A stretch of 64,000 nucleotides of DNA from Verrucomicrobiota bacterium (GCA_038205745.1 JBBRBM010000002.1:2761-66760), one strand, 5' to 3'; positions 53,384 to 62,515 are shown, counted from the stretch's first letter. The notes: generated by a model from the letters alone, not told the origin. Translations and numbers: made by a program.

Positions 53384-54357
53384 TCATCAATCGGCAGCAC
53401 CTGGGTTGGGCAGCGTTCGTCATGACGGCGAGCTTGCTGGCGGTGCTTCTCTACGTGGGTGAGTTCCAGTCGGAGGCGGTTCGCGCTTTCTTTCGATTGC
53501 CGGCCGCCTGGCACCGCGACGTGCGTGAGACGGGACGCAGTGTTGGTGGCACGCCGCTCGGAATCATCTTCGGCAGCGTCTCCGCCGCGATCTTCGTCTT
53601 CGCCGCGTTGCTCGGGCTGCGCCGCAAACGGCCAACGCTCAAGGTGGGCAGGCTCCAAACGTGGTTGAAGGGTCACATCTGGCTCACGCTGCTCACCGTC
53701 CCGCTGATCATGCTGCACTCGGGATTTTCACTCGGCTCGCCGATGACAGCCGTGCTCGTGCTCGTGTACGCGATCGTGATGGTAAGCGGCGTTTACGGGC
53801 TCGCGCTGCAACATTTTCTTCCGCGACTGATGAAAGAGCGCATCCCGCTCGAAACCATCTTCGAACAGATTCCGCACGTGCTGAAGCAGTTCGAGGACGC
53901 GGCGATCGAATTGCGCAAGTCTCTTGATCCTGCTCCCGCCCCAGCCCCTGCGACATCGACGGCACCGACAAATGCGGCCACTGCGATGATGACGGCCACA
54001 GAGCCCGCGACGGCAACGGTGGCAGAAGCAGCGCCCGATCCATCAATCGAGGTGATGAAGAGCTTCATCGACGAGGCCGGCCTTCCGTATCTCAGCGCGA
54101 AGCGTGGCGACAAGTTGATGCTCGGCAACCAGCGCGTTTCCGACGAGCAGTTCCGATTGCTGAAAGTGAGCGTCGCCCTCGAATGGCAGGCGAAGGTGGA
54201 ACAGCTTCAAGCCTGGTGCGATGAGCGGCGTCAGCTCGATCTGCAAACAAAGTTCCAGCACTGGCTCCACGCGTGGCTGCTCGTTCACGTGCCGGTGTCA
54301 GTGCTGTTGTTGATCTTCACTGCGTGGCACGCGATTGCCGCGCTTTACTTCTACTGA
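53380..54357 (+). CDS. Integral membrane protein (possible b-type heme/quinone-interacting anchor) with a Pro/Ala/Thr-rich linker
   Basis: The GTG start overlaps the upstream stop (GTGA). It has 4-5 TM segments with conserved-looking His residues (KGHIWLTLL..LHSG, HWLHAWLLVHVP..WH). The function is inferred from context only. Confidence 0.55.
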   Translation: MIINRQHLGWAAFVMTASLLAVLLYVGEFQSEAVRAFFRLPAAWHRDVRETGRSVGGTPLGIIFGSVSAAIFVFAALLGLRRKRPTLKVGRLQTWLKGHIWLTLLTVPLIMLHSGFSLGSPMTAVLVLVYAIVMVSGVYGLALQHFLPRLMKERIPLETIFEQIPHVLKQFEDAAIELRKSLDPAPAPAPATSTAPTNAATAMMTATEPATATVAEAAPDPSIEVMKSFIDEAGLPYLSAKRGDKLMLGNQRVSDEQFRLLKVSVALEWQAKVEQLQAWCDERRQLDLQTKFQHWLHAWLLVHVPVSVLLLIFTAWHAIAALYFY

Positions 54358-54358
54358 C

Positions 54359-55714
54359 ATGGCACTGAATCGCGGCACGCAGAAACAGATCGCGCAGCGC
54401 TTCAAGGGCAACCTCGACTATTTCAAGAAGCCGCATTACTGGCGGCGCCTTCGCTTCTGGACCATTCTCATCGTCTGCCTGCTCGGCACTGCGGCGATGG
54501 CGGTGATGTATCTCAGCGGTCGAGAAACGATCTACAATCCCGGACCGATTTCCTCCCAGCACGCGCGCATCGCCAACGACTGCTCCCAATGCCACGAACC
54601 CGCGAAGCGATCACTCAGCGGCGCAAAGTTGAAACTGAGCAACGACGGCATTGATGCGCGTTGCGAGAAATGTCACGCCCGCCACGCTTTCCACGAGTCG
54701 AACGTCGTCAATGCGCGTGCCTGTACCGCCTGCCATCGAGAGCATGAAGGCGCGAAGTCGCTCGCCACGCGAGACACGTCACAGTGTTTGCGCTGTCACG
54801 GCGATCTTCGCGAGATGACGTTGTCCGCGGAAAAAGGTCGCTCGCTTCGCGCCGATGCGTTCGATGTTCATCCAGACTTCGGTTGGAAAGCGATTGTCGC
54901 TCCGCGCCCGCTCAACGGCTTCACGGCAGTCATCACGAGCTTTGAGAATGATCATCCGGAGTTTCGCCTGCTTGCGGACAAGCTTCGGGATTCAAACACA
55001 CTGAAGTTCAATCATCGCCGCCACCTCGTGGAGACGAATGATATTCCCCTCGTGAACGGGAGGCGCATCGACTGCACGTTCTGTCATCAACCCGGCCCGC
55101 GCGGCGCGTTCTTCCAGAAAGTTTCGTTCGACCAACACTGCCGCGTGTGTCACACGCTTCAGGTTGATGAAAACACGCCGGAGCTGACTCTCCCGCATGG
55201 CCGCGCCGAACATGTGCGCGCCTTCCTCCGCAGCCTGCCGCTGCAATACGCGGAGCTGGCGCAGCGACGCGGCACAACGGCCAAGCCCGATGTCGATGCG
55301 TTCGTGGCGCAAAACATGACGCGATTGCGGGCGCAGTTCATCGACGGAACGAATCTTGAGCGGCAGGTCTTCTTCAGCACGTTCCGCAAGGGACCGGAAG
55401 GCCGCGCGAAGTTCGACGGCTGCGCGGCGTGCCATGAGTTACGCGCAAATGCCTTCGATGCCCCGATGATCGCGAAACCGGATGCCCCTGATCGCTGGAT
55501 GATGCGCGCGCATTTCGATCACGCGAAACACGCGTCAGTCGATTGTTCGAAGTGCCACCACGCCGCAGCCAGCGCGAGCACAGCGGATGTGATCATGCCG
55601 TCCCGCGCCGTGTGCGCTGAGTGTCACAGCGCGAAAGGAAAAGTGTCGAACGACTGCACCTTCTGCCACACGTATCACGTGCCGCAGCGCGTGCCCGCTG
55701 TCACGGTGAAGTGA
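54359..55714 (+). CDS. Decaheme c-type cytochrome with an N-terminal membrane anchor
   Basis: Start at ATG 54359, 2 nt after the upstream stop. Ten CxxCH motifs (CSQCH, CEKCH, CTACH, CLRCH, CTFCH, CRVCH, CAACH, CSKCH, CAECH, CTFCH) and one N-terminal TM helix. Confidence 0.8.
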   Translation: MALNRGTQKQIAQRFKGNLDYFKKPHYWRRLRFWTILIVCLLGTAAMAVMYLSGRETIYNPGPISSQHARIANDCSQCHEPAKRSLSGAKLKLSNDGIDARCEKCHARHAFHESNVVNARACTACHREHEGAKSLATRDTSQCLRCHGDLREMTLSAEKGRSLRADAFDVHPDFGWKAIVAPRPLNGFTAVITSFENDHPEFRLLADKLRDSNTLKFNHRRHLVETNDIPLVNGRRIDCTFCHQPGPRGAFFQKVSFDQHCRVCHTLQVDENTPELTLPHGRAEHVRAFLRSLPLQYAELAQRRGTTAKPDVDAFVAQNMTRLRAQFIDGTNLERQVFFSTFRKGPEGRAKFDGCAACHELRANAFDAPMIAKPDAPDRWMMRAHFDHAKHASVDCSKCHHAAASASTADVIMPSRAVCAECHSAKGKVSNDCTFCHTYHVPQRVPAVTVK

Positions 55715-56792
55715 ACGGTGTTTCAACGATCTTCACCGCGCTCTCGCCCGTCGCAGTCTTGATCGTCAGTTCGTTTCCAACCTTGTTGTGTTCGCGGCGC
55801 ACGTACCCGAGCCCGATGTTCGCATTCAACGCCGGAGAATGGATCGCGCTCGCGACGTAGCCGACTTCCTTGGCGTTGAAGAGCAGCTTCTCGCCTTTCG
55901 CTGGCAACGGCACCAGCTCATCGGCGAACCGCAGACCACGCAGCGCTTTCGCCACTTGTCCGTAAGTGCGGATGCGCGCGATGACTTCCTGGCCGATGTA
56001 GCAACCCTTCGCGTAACTGATCGCGCGCTGTTCGATGCCGGCTTCGGGCGGCAGATTGGTTTCATCCATCTCGGCGCCGAAGCGCGGAATCCCCGCCTCG
56101 ATCCGCGCGGTCTCCAGCGCGCGCCATCCGCAGGCGCGACCACCCAGTTCCTTCGCGGCGGCAATCAGCTTGTCCATGATTGCCGCGAGCGAACTGACCG
56201 GAACAAAAAGGTCGAGACCCTCCGTGCCAAGGCGCGGCTGGTTCATGCAGTAAACTTCGCCGAGCGTCGTGTCGTTGATGCTGGTCCACGCGAAGGGTTT
56301 TTGCGGCCGCATGAAATTCAACCCGAGTGCTGTCATCGCGTCCCATGCCCGCGGGCCTTGCACGCTGAACAATCCGTAATGCGGCGCCGCATCCACGATC
56401 TGCACGTCATCCGCGATGATGTAGCCCTCCAGCCGTTGCGCGATCGAAGCGGCGAGGCCGGGCTCGAAGTCGAGGAGGATTTCGTTCGGGAGGATGTAAA
56501 CGTTCGCATCCGACTGCATCTTTCCCTTGTTCGTGATCAGCGCGGCGTAACAGCCGGAACCCGAGGGAAGATCTTTGATGTTGTTGGTGACCTGGCCGTT
56601 GAGGAACCGCACGCGATCAGCCCCGGTGAGCACGAGCCGGCTGCGGAAACTCAAGTCGAGCACACCAACGCATGTGCGCAGCGCGGCGTGTTCGGCGAGG
56701 AAGTCGCCGTAATCCTCGACGGCTTCCATCCCGTTCACCTGCGTGAAGCGGGCGCTCAGTTCCTGGTGCAGTTCGTGCAGCGACAATTGCAT
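55701..56792 (-). CDS. YgfZ/GcvT-family folate-binding aminomethyltransferase-like protein
   Basis: Start trimmed to MQLSLHELHQEL. Motifs GVLDLSFRSRLVLTGADRVRFLNGQVTNNI and a C-terminal barrel region. Confidence 0.78.
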   Translation of the reverse strand: MQLSLHELHQELSARFTQVNGMEAVEDYGDFLAEHAALRTCVGVLDLSFRSRLVLTGADRVRFLNGQVTNNIKDLPSGSGCYAALITNKGKMQSDANVYILPNEILLDFEPGLAASIAQRLEGYIIADDVQIVDAAPHYGLFSVQGPRAWDAMTALGLNFMRPQKPFAWTSINDTTLGEVYCMNQPRLGTEGLDLFVPVSSLAAIMDKLIAAAKELGGRACGWRALETARIEAGIPRFGAEMDETNLPPEAGIEQRAISYAKGCYIGQEVIARIRTYGQVAKALRGLRFADELVPLPAKGEKLLFNAKEVGYVASAIHSPALNANIGLGYVRREHNKVGNELTIKTATGESAVKIVETPFTSP

Positions 56793-56824
56793 TGCGGCAA
56801 TTAAGACCACGAAGCGGGGAAGAA

Positions 56825-56900
56825 AGTAATCAGTAATCAGTGCGTCAGTAACCAGTCTTGCAGGCCACCGGCCACTGATTACTGACTCACTGATCACTGA
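56825..56900. repeat. Heptamer-based imperfect hairpin (CAGTAAT units / inverted ACTGATT units) in a divergent intergenic region
   Basis: Left arm agtaatcagtaatcagtgcgtcagtaaccagt and right arm actgattactgactcactgatcactga. TCAGTAATCAGT is present in inverted orientation on both arms. Confidence 0.8.
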
Positions 56901-56954
56901 CCCTCTGAATTAGCACTTCCCTTTTCCTGAATTCTCATTTCCATTGCGCCGCAC

Positions 56955-57560
56955 ATGGACATTCAACTGAGCACGCTTTCCGTCATTCTCGGGCTCATCG
57001 TCGCGCTGCCGAGCGTGTATGGCTTGCTCAAGCCGCAGCAGTTCGCCGCCGCCGCGCGAAAATTTCCACGCCACACCACCATTGGCTGGGGGCTGATGCT
57101 GATGGGCACGGCGTGGTTTCTCTTCAATGTGCGGCAGGAAACGGTCTCGGACTTTGCGAACATGCAGAACATTTTTCTGCTCGTGTTCGGCGCGGTCGGG
57201 ATCGGCACGTGCATCTTCGTGCAGGACTTTTTGCCGGTGCGCGGGCTGGCCGTCCTGTTCCTGCTGCTGGCGAAGCTGATGGTCGATACGGCTCGCTGGG
57301 AAGACACCGAATGGCGCTTGGTGATTTCCGCCTGGGCTTACGTGCTGACTGTGGCGGGCATGTGGTTCACGGTTTCGCCGTGGCGATTACGCGACATTTT
57401 GAATTGGTCCGTGGCGACAGAACAACGCACGCGCATGGTGAATGGCGCGCGTGTGGCCTTCGGCATCTTCGTCATTCTGCTCGGCGTCACGGTATTCCGT
57501 TCCGCTGAGAAAAAATCCGCGCTCGTCTCGACGCCACCTTCAGCCGCCTTGCCGTCGTGA
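56955..57560 (+). CDS. Integral membrane protein of unknown function
   Basis: 201 aa with about five hydrophobic segments. Overlaps the next gene start by 4 nt (operon with the GT9 gene). Confidence 0.55.
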   Translation: MDIQLSTLSVILGLIVALPSVYGLLKPQQFAAAARKFPRHTTIGWGLMLMGTAWFLFNVRQETVSDFANMQNIFLLVFGAVGIGTCIFVQDFLPVRGLAVLFLLLAKLMVDTARWEDTEWRLVISAWAYVLTVAGMWFTVSPWRLRDILNWSVATEQRTRMVNGARVAFGIFVILLGVTVFRSAEKKSALVSTPPSAALPS

Positions 57561-58465
57561 GCCGCGGGAAAATCCTGGTGATCCGCGGCGGAGCCATCGG
57601 CGATTTCATCCTCACGCTTCCTGCACTCGCCGCGCTGCGCAAAGCGTTCCCGCAAACACGTCTCGAAGTGCTTGGCTACCCGCACATCGCCGCGCTGGCA
57701 GACCTTGCGGGATACGTGGCGGAGGTGAAATCGATCGAGGCGGGCGCGCTGGCAGGATTCTTCGCGCGACGCGGGAAGCTGAATGAAGCGCTTGGAGAAT
57801 ATTTTGCCGCATTCAACATCATCGTTTCCTATCTCTACGATCCCGATGAAATTTTTCAGGAAAACATCGCCCGGGTGTCGAAGGCGCAATTTATCGCGGG
57901 GCCGCATCGGCCGAATGAGCGCGAGGAGATTCACGCGACGGAAGTTTTCCTGAAACCGCTGGAACGGCTCGCGATCTTCGGGGCTGATCCTGCGCCGCGC
58001 ATCGAACTTGCGCGTCCACAGGATGCCGGCAGCGCGCTGGCCGTTCATCCGGGCAGCGGCAGTGATAAAAAGAATTGGCCGGAGGAACGCTGGACGGAAT
58101 TGCTGGCGCGCATCGCGAGCGAAACCACGTGGCCCGTGCTGTTGATCGGTGGTGAAGCGGAACACGAACGCGTGCAACGGCTCAGTTCCATCGTTCCCAT
58201 TCAACGCCTCACGGTGGCGATCAATCAGCCACTGACTGAACTTGCGCGCCGGCTCGTGACGTGCCGCACTTTTCTTGGGCACGATTCCGGCATCACGCAC
58301 CTCGCCACGGCAGTCGGTTTGCGTGGCCTGGCGATGTGGGGCGAAAGCAACGAGCGCGTCTGGCGTCCGAGGAGCGACAAGTTCGAACTGTTGCAGGGCG
58401 GCAGGAATTTGAGTGGGCTCGATAGCGCCACGGTTTTTTCCGCCGTGCAGCGGGTGATGGAGTGA
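57557..58465 (+). CDS. Glycosyltransferase family 9 (heptosyltransferase-like)
   Basis: N-terminal KILVIRGGAIGDFILTLPALAALRKAFP and C-terminal FLGHDSGITHLA motifs typical of GT9. Confidence 0.8.
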   Translation: MSRGKILVIRGGAIGDFILTLPALAALRKAFPQTRLEVLGYPHIAALADLAGYVAEVKSIEAGALAGFFARRGKLNEALGEYFAAFNIIVSYLYDPDEIFQENIARVSKAQFIAGPHRPNEREEIHATEVFLKPLERLAIFGADPAPRIELARPQDAGSALAVHPGSGSDKKNWPEERWTELLARIASETTWPVLLIGGEAEHERVQRLSSIVPIQRLTVAINQPLTELARRLVTCRTFLGHDSGITHLATAVGLRGLAMWGESNERVWRPRSDKFELLQGGRNLSGLDSATVFSAVQRVME

Positions 58466-58466
58466 C

Positions 58467-58532
58467 GTGCCCCCGGCGTCTCGCCGGGTTCCGGTAAGTG
58501 CCATGCCCGACCCGGCAAGATGCCGGGGGCAC
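58467..58532. repeat. REP doublet copy 9 (intergenic, compensated variant)
   Basis: The TGA stop (58463-58465) is followed by CGTGCCCCCGGCGTCTCGCCGGG (left arm 58467-58488, hairpin CCGGCG/CGCCGG). The right arm CCCGGCAAGATGCCGGGGGCAC is at 58511-58532. Confidence 0.88.
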
Positions 58533-58597
58533 GTCGTTCACTGGTCTTCCCAGGAATTCTGGTTTTCAAATCCATTCCCGCCGCTAACGTCTCGCGC

Positions 58598-59077
58598 ATG
58601 GATCCGTTGCTGAAGTTGATTCGAGACAATGCCGCGTGGAAGCCGGCCGAACTCGCCGCGATGTTAAATGAGCCCGAGGCCGAAGTCGCCGCGCGCATCA
58701 AACGCTACGAAGCCGAGCATGTCATCCTCGCCTACCGCGGCATTCTGAACGAGGAAAAGCTCGGGCTCGACTCCGTGCGCGCCGTGATCGAAGTGAAGAT
58801 CACGCCGGAACGCGGTGGTGGATTCGATCGTCTCGCCGAACGCATCGCGAAATATTCCGAGGTGCAGTCGTGTTACCTCATGTCGGGCGGCTACGACCTG
58901 ATGGTGATTGTGCAGGGGAACAATTTGCGCGAGGTGGCGAGCTTCGTTTCACAAAAGCTGGCCACGATCCAGGGTGTCGTCTCCACCGCCACGCATTTCA
59001 TGCTCAAGCCTTACAAGGAGCAAGGCGTGCTGATGAAGGCCGACACCAACGACGAGCGCCTCGCGGTGGCGCCGTAA
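58598..59077 (+). CDS. Lrp/AsnC family transcriptional regulator
   Basis: Start trimmed to MDPLLKLIRDNA. An HTH region followed by an AsnC-type ligand domain (AVIEVK........V..CYLMSGGYDLMV.V). Confidence 0.78.
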   Translation: MDPLLKLIRDNAAWKPAELAAMLNEPEAEVAARIKRYEAEHVILAYRGILNEEKLGLDSVRAVIEVKITPERGGGFDRLAERIAKYSEVQSCYLMSGGYDLMVIVQGNNLREVASFVSQKLATIQGVVSTATHFMLKPYKEQGVLMKADTNDERLAVAP

Positions 59078-59089
59078 CGCTCGCCTGCC

Positions 59090-60346
59090 GTGATCCTCGT
59101 CGTCGCCCTCGGCGCGTTGGCGCTGTTGAGCATTGTGTTGCTCGGCTGGCAGTTGCTCGCGGCGGCGCGCTTTCCTTTGCATCGACGAGAGCACGAGTTT
59201 TCCTTCGCGCCTCCCATCATCGTGTTGAAGCCGCTGAAAGGCTGCGATGAACACACACGCGAATGCCTGAAGAGCTGGCTCGCACAAAACTATTCTGGAT
59301 CGCTGCGGATTTTTTTTGGTGTCGCGGACGAGAACGATCCCGTTTGCGATGTGGTGCGATCGCTGTTGAAGGAATTTCCATCAGTGGATGCGGAGATGGT
59401 CATCACGCCGGAAGACCTCGGTGCAAATGCCAAGGTCGCGACGCTGGTGCAGCTCTATCGGAGGAGTCACTCGAAGAGCGCAAAGGCGGCGAAGGAGGAA
59501 AACACTTCGTCCACTTCGCGCTCTTCGCGAGACCTGATCTGCATTTCTGACGCCGATGTGCGCGTGCCTCCCGACCTTCTCGCCAATGCGGTCGCGCCAT
59601 TTCGCGATGAGCGCGTCGGGTTGGTCAGCAGTTTTTATCAACTCGCCAATCCCACGACACACGCCATGCAGGTCGAAGCGGTGGCCGTCAACGCGGATTT
59701 CTGGAGTCAGGTGCTGCAATCAAACATGCTCAAGCCGCAGGACTTCGCGCTCGGCGCGGTGATGATCACGCGGGCGTCTCATGTCAATGCGCTCAGTGGC
59801 TTCGCCGGTCTCCTGAGCTATCTCGCGGACGATTACCAACTCGGCAACTCGGTGGCGAAGAGTGGCGCGCGGGTAGAACTCACGCCGGTCGTGGTCGAAT
59901 GCTGGGATCCTCCGGCGGACTGGCGTCAGGTGTGGAACCATCAACTTCGTTGGGCGCGCACGATTCGCGTGAGCCAGCCGTTGCCCTACTTCTTCAGCGT
60001 GCTGAACAATGTTTCGCTGTGGGTGACCCTCGCGGCAGGCGCGGCGGCAAGTCACATCGTGTTCCGCGTCGCGCCGGGTTATCCGTGGCACGTTGACTTG
60101 CAATGGCTGATGGGCACCACGCTGTTGCTCGCTTTTGGTCTGTCGGCGCGAATCGTCGCGGCCAAAGACCTCGCAGAACGACTCACAAAAAATCCATTCC
60201 CCTGGAGACTCGCCGGTGCGGTGGTCCTGAAAGATTTTCTTCAGTTCGGAATTTGGATCGGGGCTTTCTGCGGAAACAAGGTGGGCTGGCGCGGACGAAT
60301 GTTCCGGGTGCAACGCGGCGGCAAACTCATTCCAATCAAATCCTGA
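59090..60346 (+). CDS. Membrane glycosyltransferase, GT2/GT21 (ceramide glucosyltransferase-like)
   Basis: GTG start and an N-terminal TM helix. Motifs VLKPLKG.D, ISDADV and QLRWARTIR (Q/RxxRW), with C-terminal TM helices. Confidence 0.72.
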   Translation: MILVVALGALALLSIVLLGWQLLAAARFPLHRREHEFSFAPPIIVLKPLKGCDEHTRECLKSWLAQNYSGSLRIFFGVADENDPVCDVVRSLLKEFPSVDAEMVITPEDLGANAKVATLVQLYRRSHSKSAKAAKEENTSSTSRSSRDLICISDADVRVPPDLLANAVAPFRDERVGLVSSFYQLANPTTHAMQVEAVAVNADFWSQVLQSNMLKPQDFALGAVMITRASHVNALSGFAGLLSYLADDYQLGNSVAKSGARVELTPVVVECWDPPADWRQVWNHQLRWARTIRVSQPLPYFFSVLNNVSLWVTLAAGAAASHIVFRVAPGYPWHVDLQWLMGTTLLLAFGLSARIVAAKDLAERLTKNPFPWRLAGAVVLKDFLQFGIWIGAFCGNKVGWRGRMFRVQRGGKLIPIKS

Positions 60347-61540
60347 TCACGCGCCGAGCAGCGCCGTGTCCCAATCCTTCCACACCGGTTCGTAGCCGAG
60401 CTTTGAAATCACTTCGGCCATTACCTCGGGCGAGCGATCGTCAGCGGTCTCGAACTGGCCCGTAGCGCTGCGGCGACCCGCCCATTCACTCGCGCCGGCG
60501 GCTAGCTCGACGATGCGACCGCGCTCGGTGAGGTGAATCTTTTCCTTGCCCGCGCCGGTGTAGCCGCCGGGTTCGGTGTGACTGCCCGCGCTCATCAACG
60601 TGATGCCGAGCGGGATTAAACCATCGCGAAGTTTTGCGGGTTCACGCGTCGAGAGAACAAGGCCCACGTCAGGAAGCAGAAGGCGGAACGCGCAAAGCAG
60701 TTGAACCATCTCACGATCCGTGATGTGCGTGAGCGGCTCAAACTCACCTGCGCACGGGCGCAATCGCGGCAGCGAAATCGTGATTTGCGATTTCCAGCAA
60801 TGACGCAACAAATAAGCCGCGTGCGCAGCGACGGACAGCGCTTCGCGACGCCATCCACTCAGGCCGTAAAGGGCGCCAATGCCGATGCGGCGAAAGCCCG
60901 CGACGTAGGCGCGCTCAGGAGTTTCCAGCCGCCAGTCGAAATTCCGCTTCGGCCCCGCGGTGTGCATGTCGTTGTAAACATCGCGGTCGTACGTTTCTTG
61001 ATACACCACCAACCCATCAGCGCCGGCAGCAACGAGCGGTTCGTAATCCGCAGTCCCCATCGGCCCCACTTCGAGCGACACGCTCGGTGTCTCGGCATGC
61101 ACCGCGGCGACGCACTCGGCGAGATAACCGTTCGAGACAAACTTCGGATGTTCACCCGACACGAGCAGCACGTTCCGAAATCCCTGGGCGCTCAACTCGC
61201 GCGTCTCCGCAAGCACGTCGTCCAGCGAGAGCGTGACGCGGAGGATCGGATTGTCGCGCGAGAAGCCGCAGTACTTGCAGTTGTTGATGCACTCGTTCGA
61301 GAGATAAAGCGGCGCGAAGAGGCGGATGACGCGTCCAAAGCGCTGAAGCGTCAGCGTGTGGGAACGACGGCCGAGTTCCTCAAGCGACGCCGAAGCCGCC
61401 GGAGAAATGAGCGTTGCGAAATCATTCAGAGACAACGCGGATTTGCGCAGCGCATCCCGAACGTCAGCGGCGCTGGCGCTCTCGGCGCGAGCCAACAATC
61501 GATCGAGCGGCAACGAATTGAACTCAGAGACAAAACTCAC
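60347..61540 (-). CDS. thiH: 2-iminoacetate synthase ThiH (radical SAM)
   Basis: Radical SAM motif CINNCKYCGF, with ThiH-type collinear motifs (LLVSGE, VYQETY, GALYGL). Confidence 0.82.
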   Translation of the reverse strand: MSFVSEFNSLPLDRLLARAESASAADVRDALRKSALSLNDFATLISPAASASLEELGRRSHTLTLQRFGRVIRLFAPLYLSNECINNCKYCGFSRDNPILRVTLSLDDVLAETRELSAQGFRNVLLVSGEHPKFVSNGYLAECVAAVHAETPSVSLEVGPMGTADYEPLVAAGADGLVVYQETYDRDVYNDMHTAGPKRNFDWRLETPERAYVAGFRRIGIGALYGLSGWRREALSVAAHAAYLLRHCWKSQITISLPRLRPCAGEFEPLTHITDREMVQLLCAFRLLLPDVGLVLSTREPAKLRDGLIPLGITLMSAGSHTEPGGYTGAGKEKIHLTERGRIVELAAGASEWAGRRSATGQFETADDRSPEVMAEVISKLGYEPVWKDWDTALLGA

Positions 61541-61609
61541 GGCGCGCAGTTAACACCTGATTGCGAGTGGGTTCAACGCAGAGACGCAAAGTTGCAGAGG
61601 CGAAGGAGG

Positions 61610-62515
61610 TCATCGCGCCTTGGCGCCTTCGCGTCCCTGCGCAGAATTGGTGGTCGCGAAAGCCTTGGCGCTGAACTCAAAGGCCCGCGCCGCCGAGCGT
61701 TCGTAGAGGGCTTCCTTCGCGTGCTTCACGCCGGGCACCTCGAAGTAATCATGCGCGATCTTTTGCGCATTCAAGCGGTCGCGGAGGTCGCGATTGGCAT
61801 TCAGGAATTCATCCTTGGTTCCAACAATGATCTGGATCGCGACATGCCCGCGAACTTGCTGCGCGTTGCGCTCAGCGAGGACCAGTGGGTTGTTGGCGTC
61901 AAAGCGCTCGGCCGTTCCGAACATCTGCTTGTAAACCTTCCCGAGATTCTTTTGGAAATCCTTCGCATCCGAAAGCGTGGCTCCGTACGCGACCACCGAA
62001 CCGAAAATATCTGGTTGCTGGAACGCGAGCTTGAGCGCGCCGAAGCCGCCCATCGAATAGCCATGCAGCGAACGGAACCGCGGCTCGGCACGCGTGCGAA
62101 ATTGCGCGTCGATATGCTGCACCAATTCCTTCACTACCGTCTCACCCATCACTGAACCGTCCGGCGCATCGGAGAAGAAGCTGGTTTCGCCGCCGTTCAC
62201 AAAGACGAGCAGCGCCGGCCCGGTGCGGACCAGCGACGCGCGCCAGAAATTTGCGTAATCGAGGAACGAACTCTCGTGGCCCTCGTATCCGTGCAGGTAA
62301 TAGATCACCGGAAAACGCCGCTGCGGTTCGCGCGCGTATTCGGGTGGGAAACAGATGTTGTAGCCGACGTCCGTGAGCATGGAAGCGCTGCGGAAAGTGC
62401 GATGTTCGAGCCCGGCGATTTTGGCCTTGGGCGGATGGTCCCAGGCAGACTTCTGAGCGGCAGACGCGGCGAAGGCCGTGAACAACACTGCCATGATTAG
62501 ATTGGTTTGCATCAT
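61610..62515 (-). CDS. Secreted alpha/beta-hydrolase, putative esterase family
   Basis: Start trimmed to MMQTNLIMAVLFTAFAASAA. Motifs PVIYYLHG and the nucleophile elbow HGYSMGG. Confidence 0.75.
   Translation of the reverse strand: MMQTNLIMAVLFTAFAASAAQKSAWDHPPKAKIAGLEHRTFRSASMLTDVGYNICFPPEYAREPQRRFPVIYYLHGYEGHESSFLDYANFWRASLVRTGPALLVFVNGGETSFFSDAPDGSVMGETVVKELVQHIDAQFRTRAEPRFRSLHGYSMGGFGALKLAFQQPDIFGSVVAYGATLSDAKDFQKNLGKVYKQMFGTAERFDANNPLVLAERNAQQVRGHVAIQIIVGTKDEFLNANRDLRDRLNAQKIAHDYFEVPGVKHAKEALYERSAARAFEFSAKAFATTNSAQGREGAKAR

Noticed and set aside
57338-58504. 388-aa minus-strand ORF opposite the GT9 gene
   Set aside because: Codon-aligned antisense shadow. It also reads through a REP doublet, giving REP-derived peptides (TRRDAGGT).
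4319-58532. REP doublets considered as a possible CRISPR array or CRISPR remnants
   Set aside because: The copies are dispersed over 54 kb. The paired arms are in inverted rather than direct orientation, spacing is irregular, and no cas genes are present. The pattern fits REP/REPIN elements next to a RAYT.
61541-61609. A possible TPP riboswitch upstream of thiH
   Set aside because: Only about 70 nt are available before the upstream gene's stop. The conserved CUGAGA / ACCUGAUCUGGAUAAUGCCAGC-type elements are not present on the minus strand.
60701-62155. 484-aa plus-strand ORF spanning thiH and the esterase gene on the opposite strand
   Set aside because: It is an antisense shadow, in phase with thiH codons, and crosses an intergenic region. 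No motifs are present, and both sense genes have strong family signatures.
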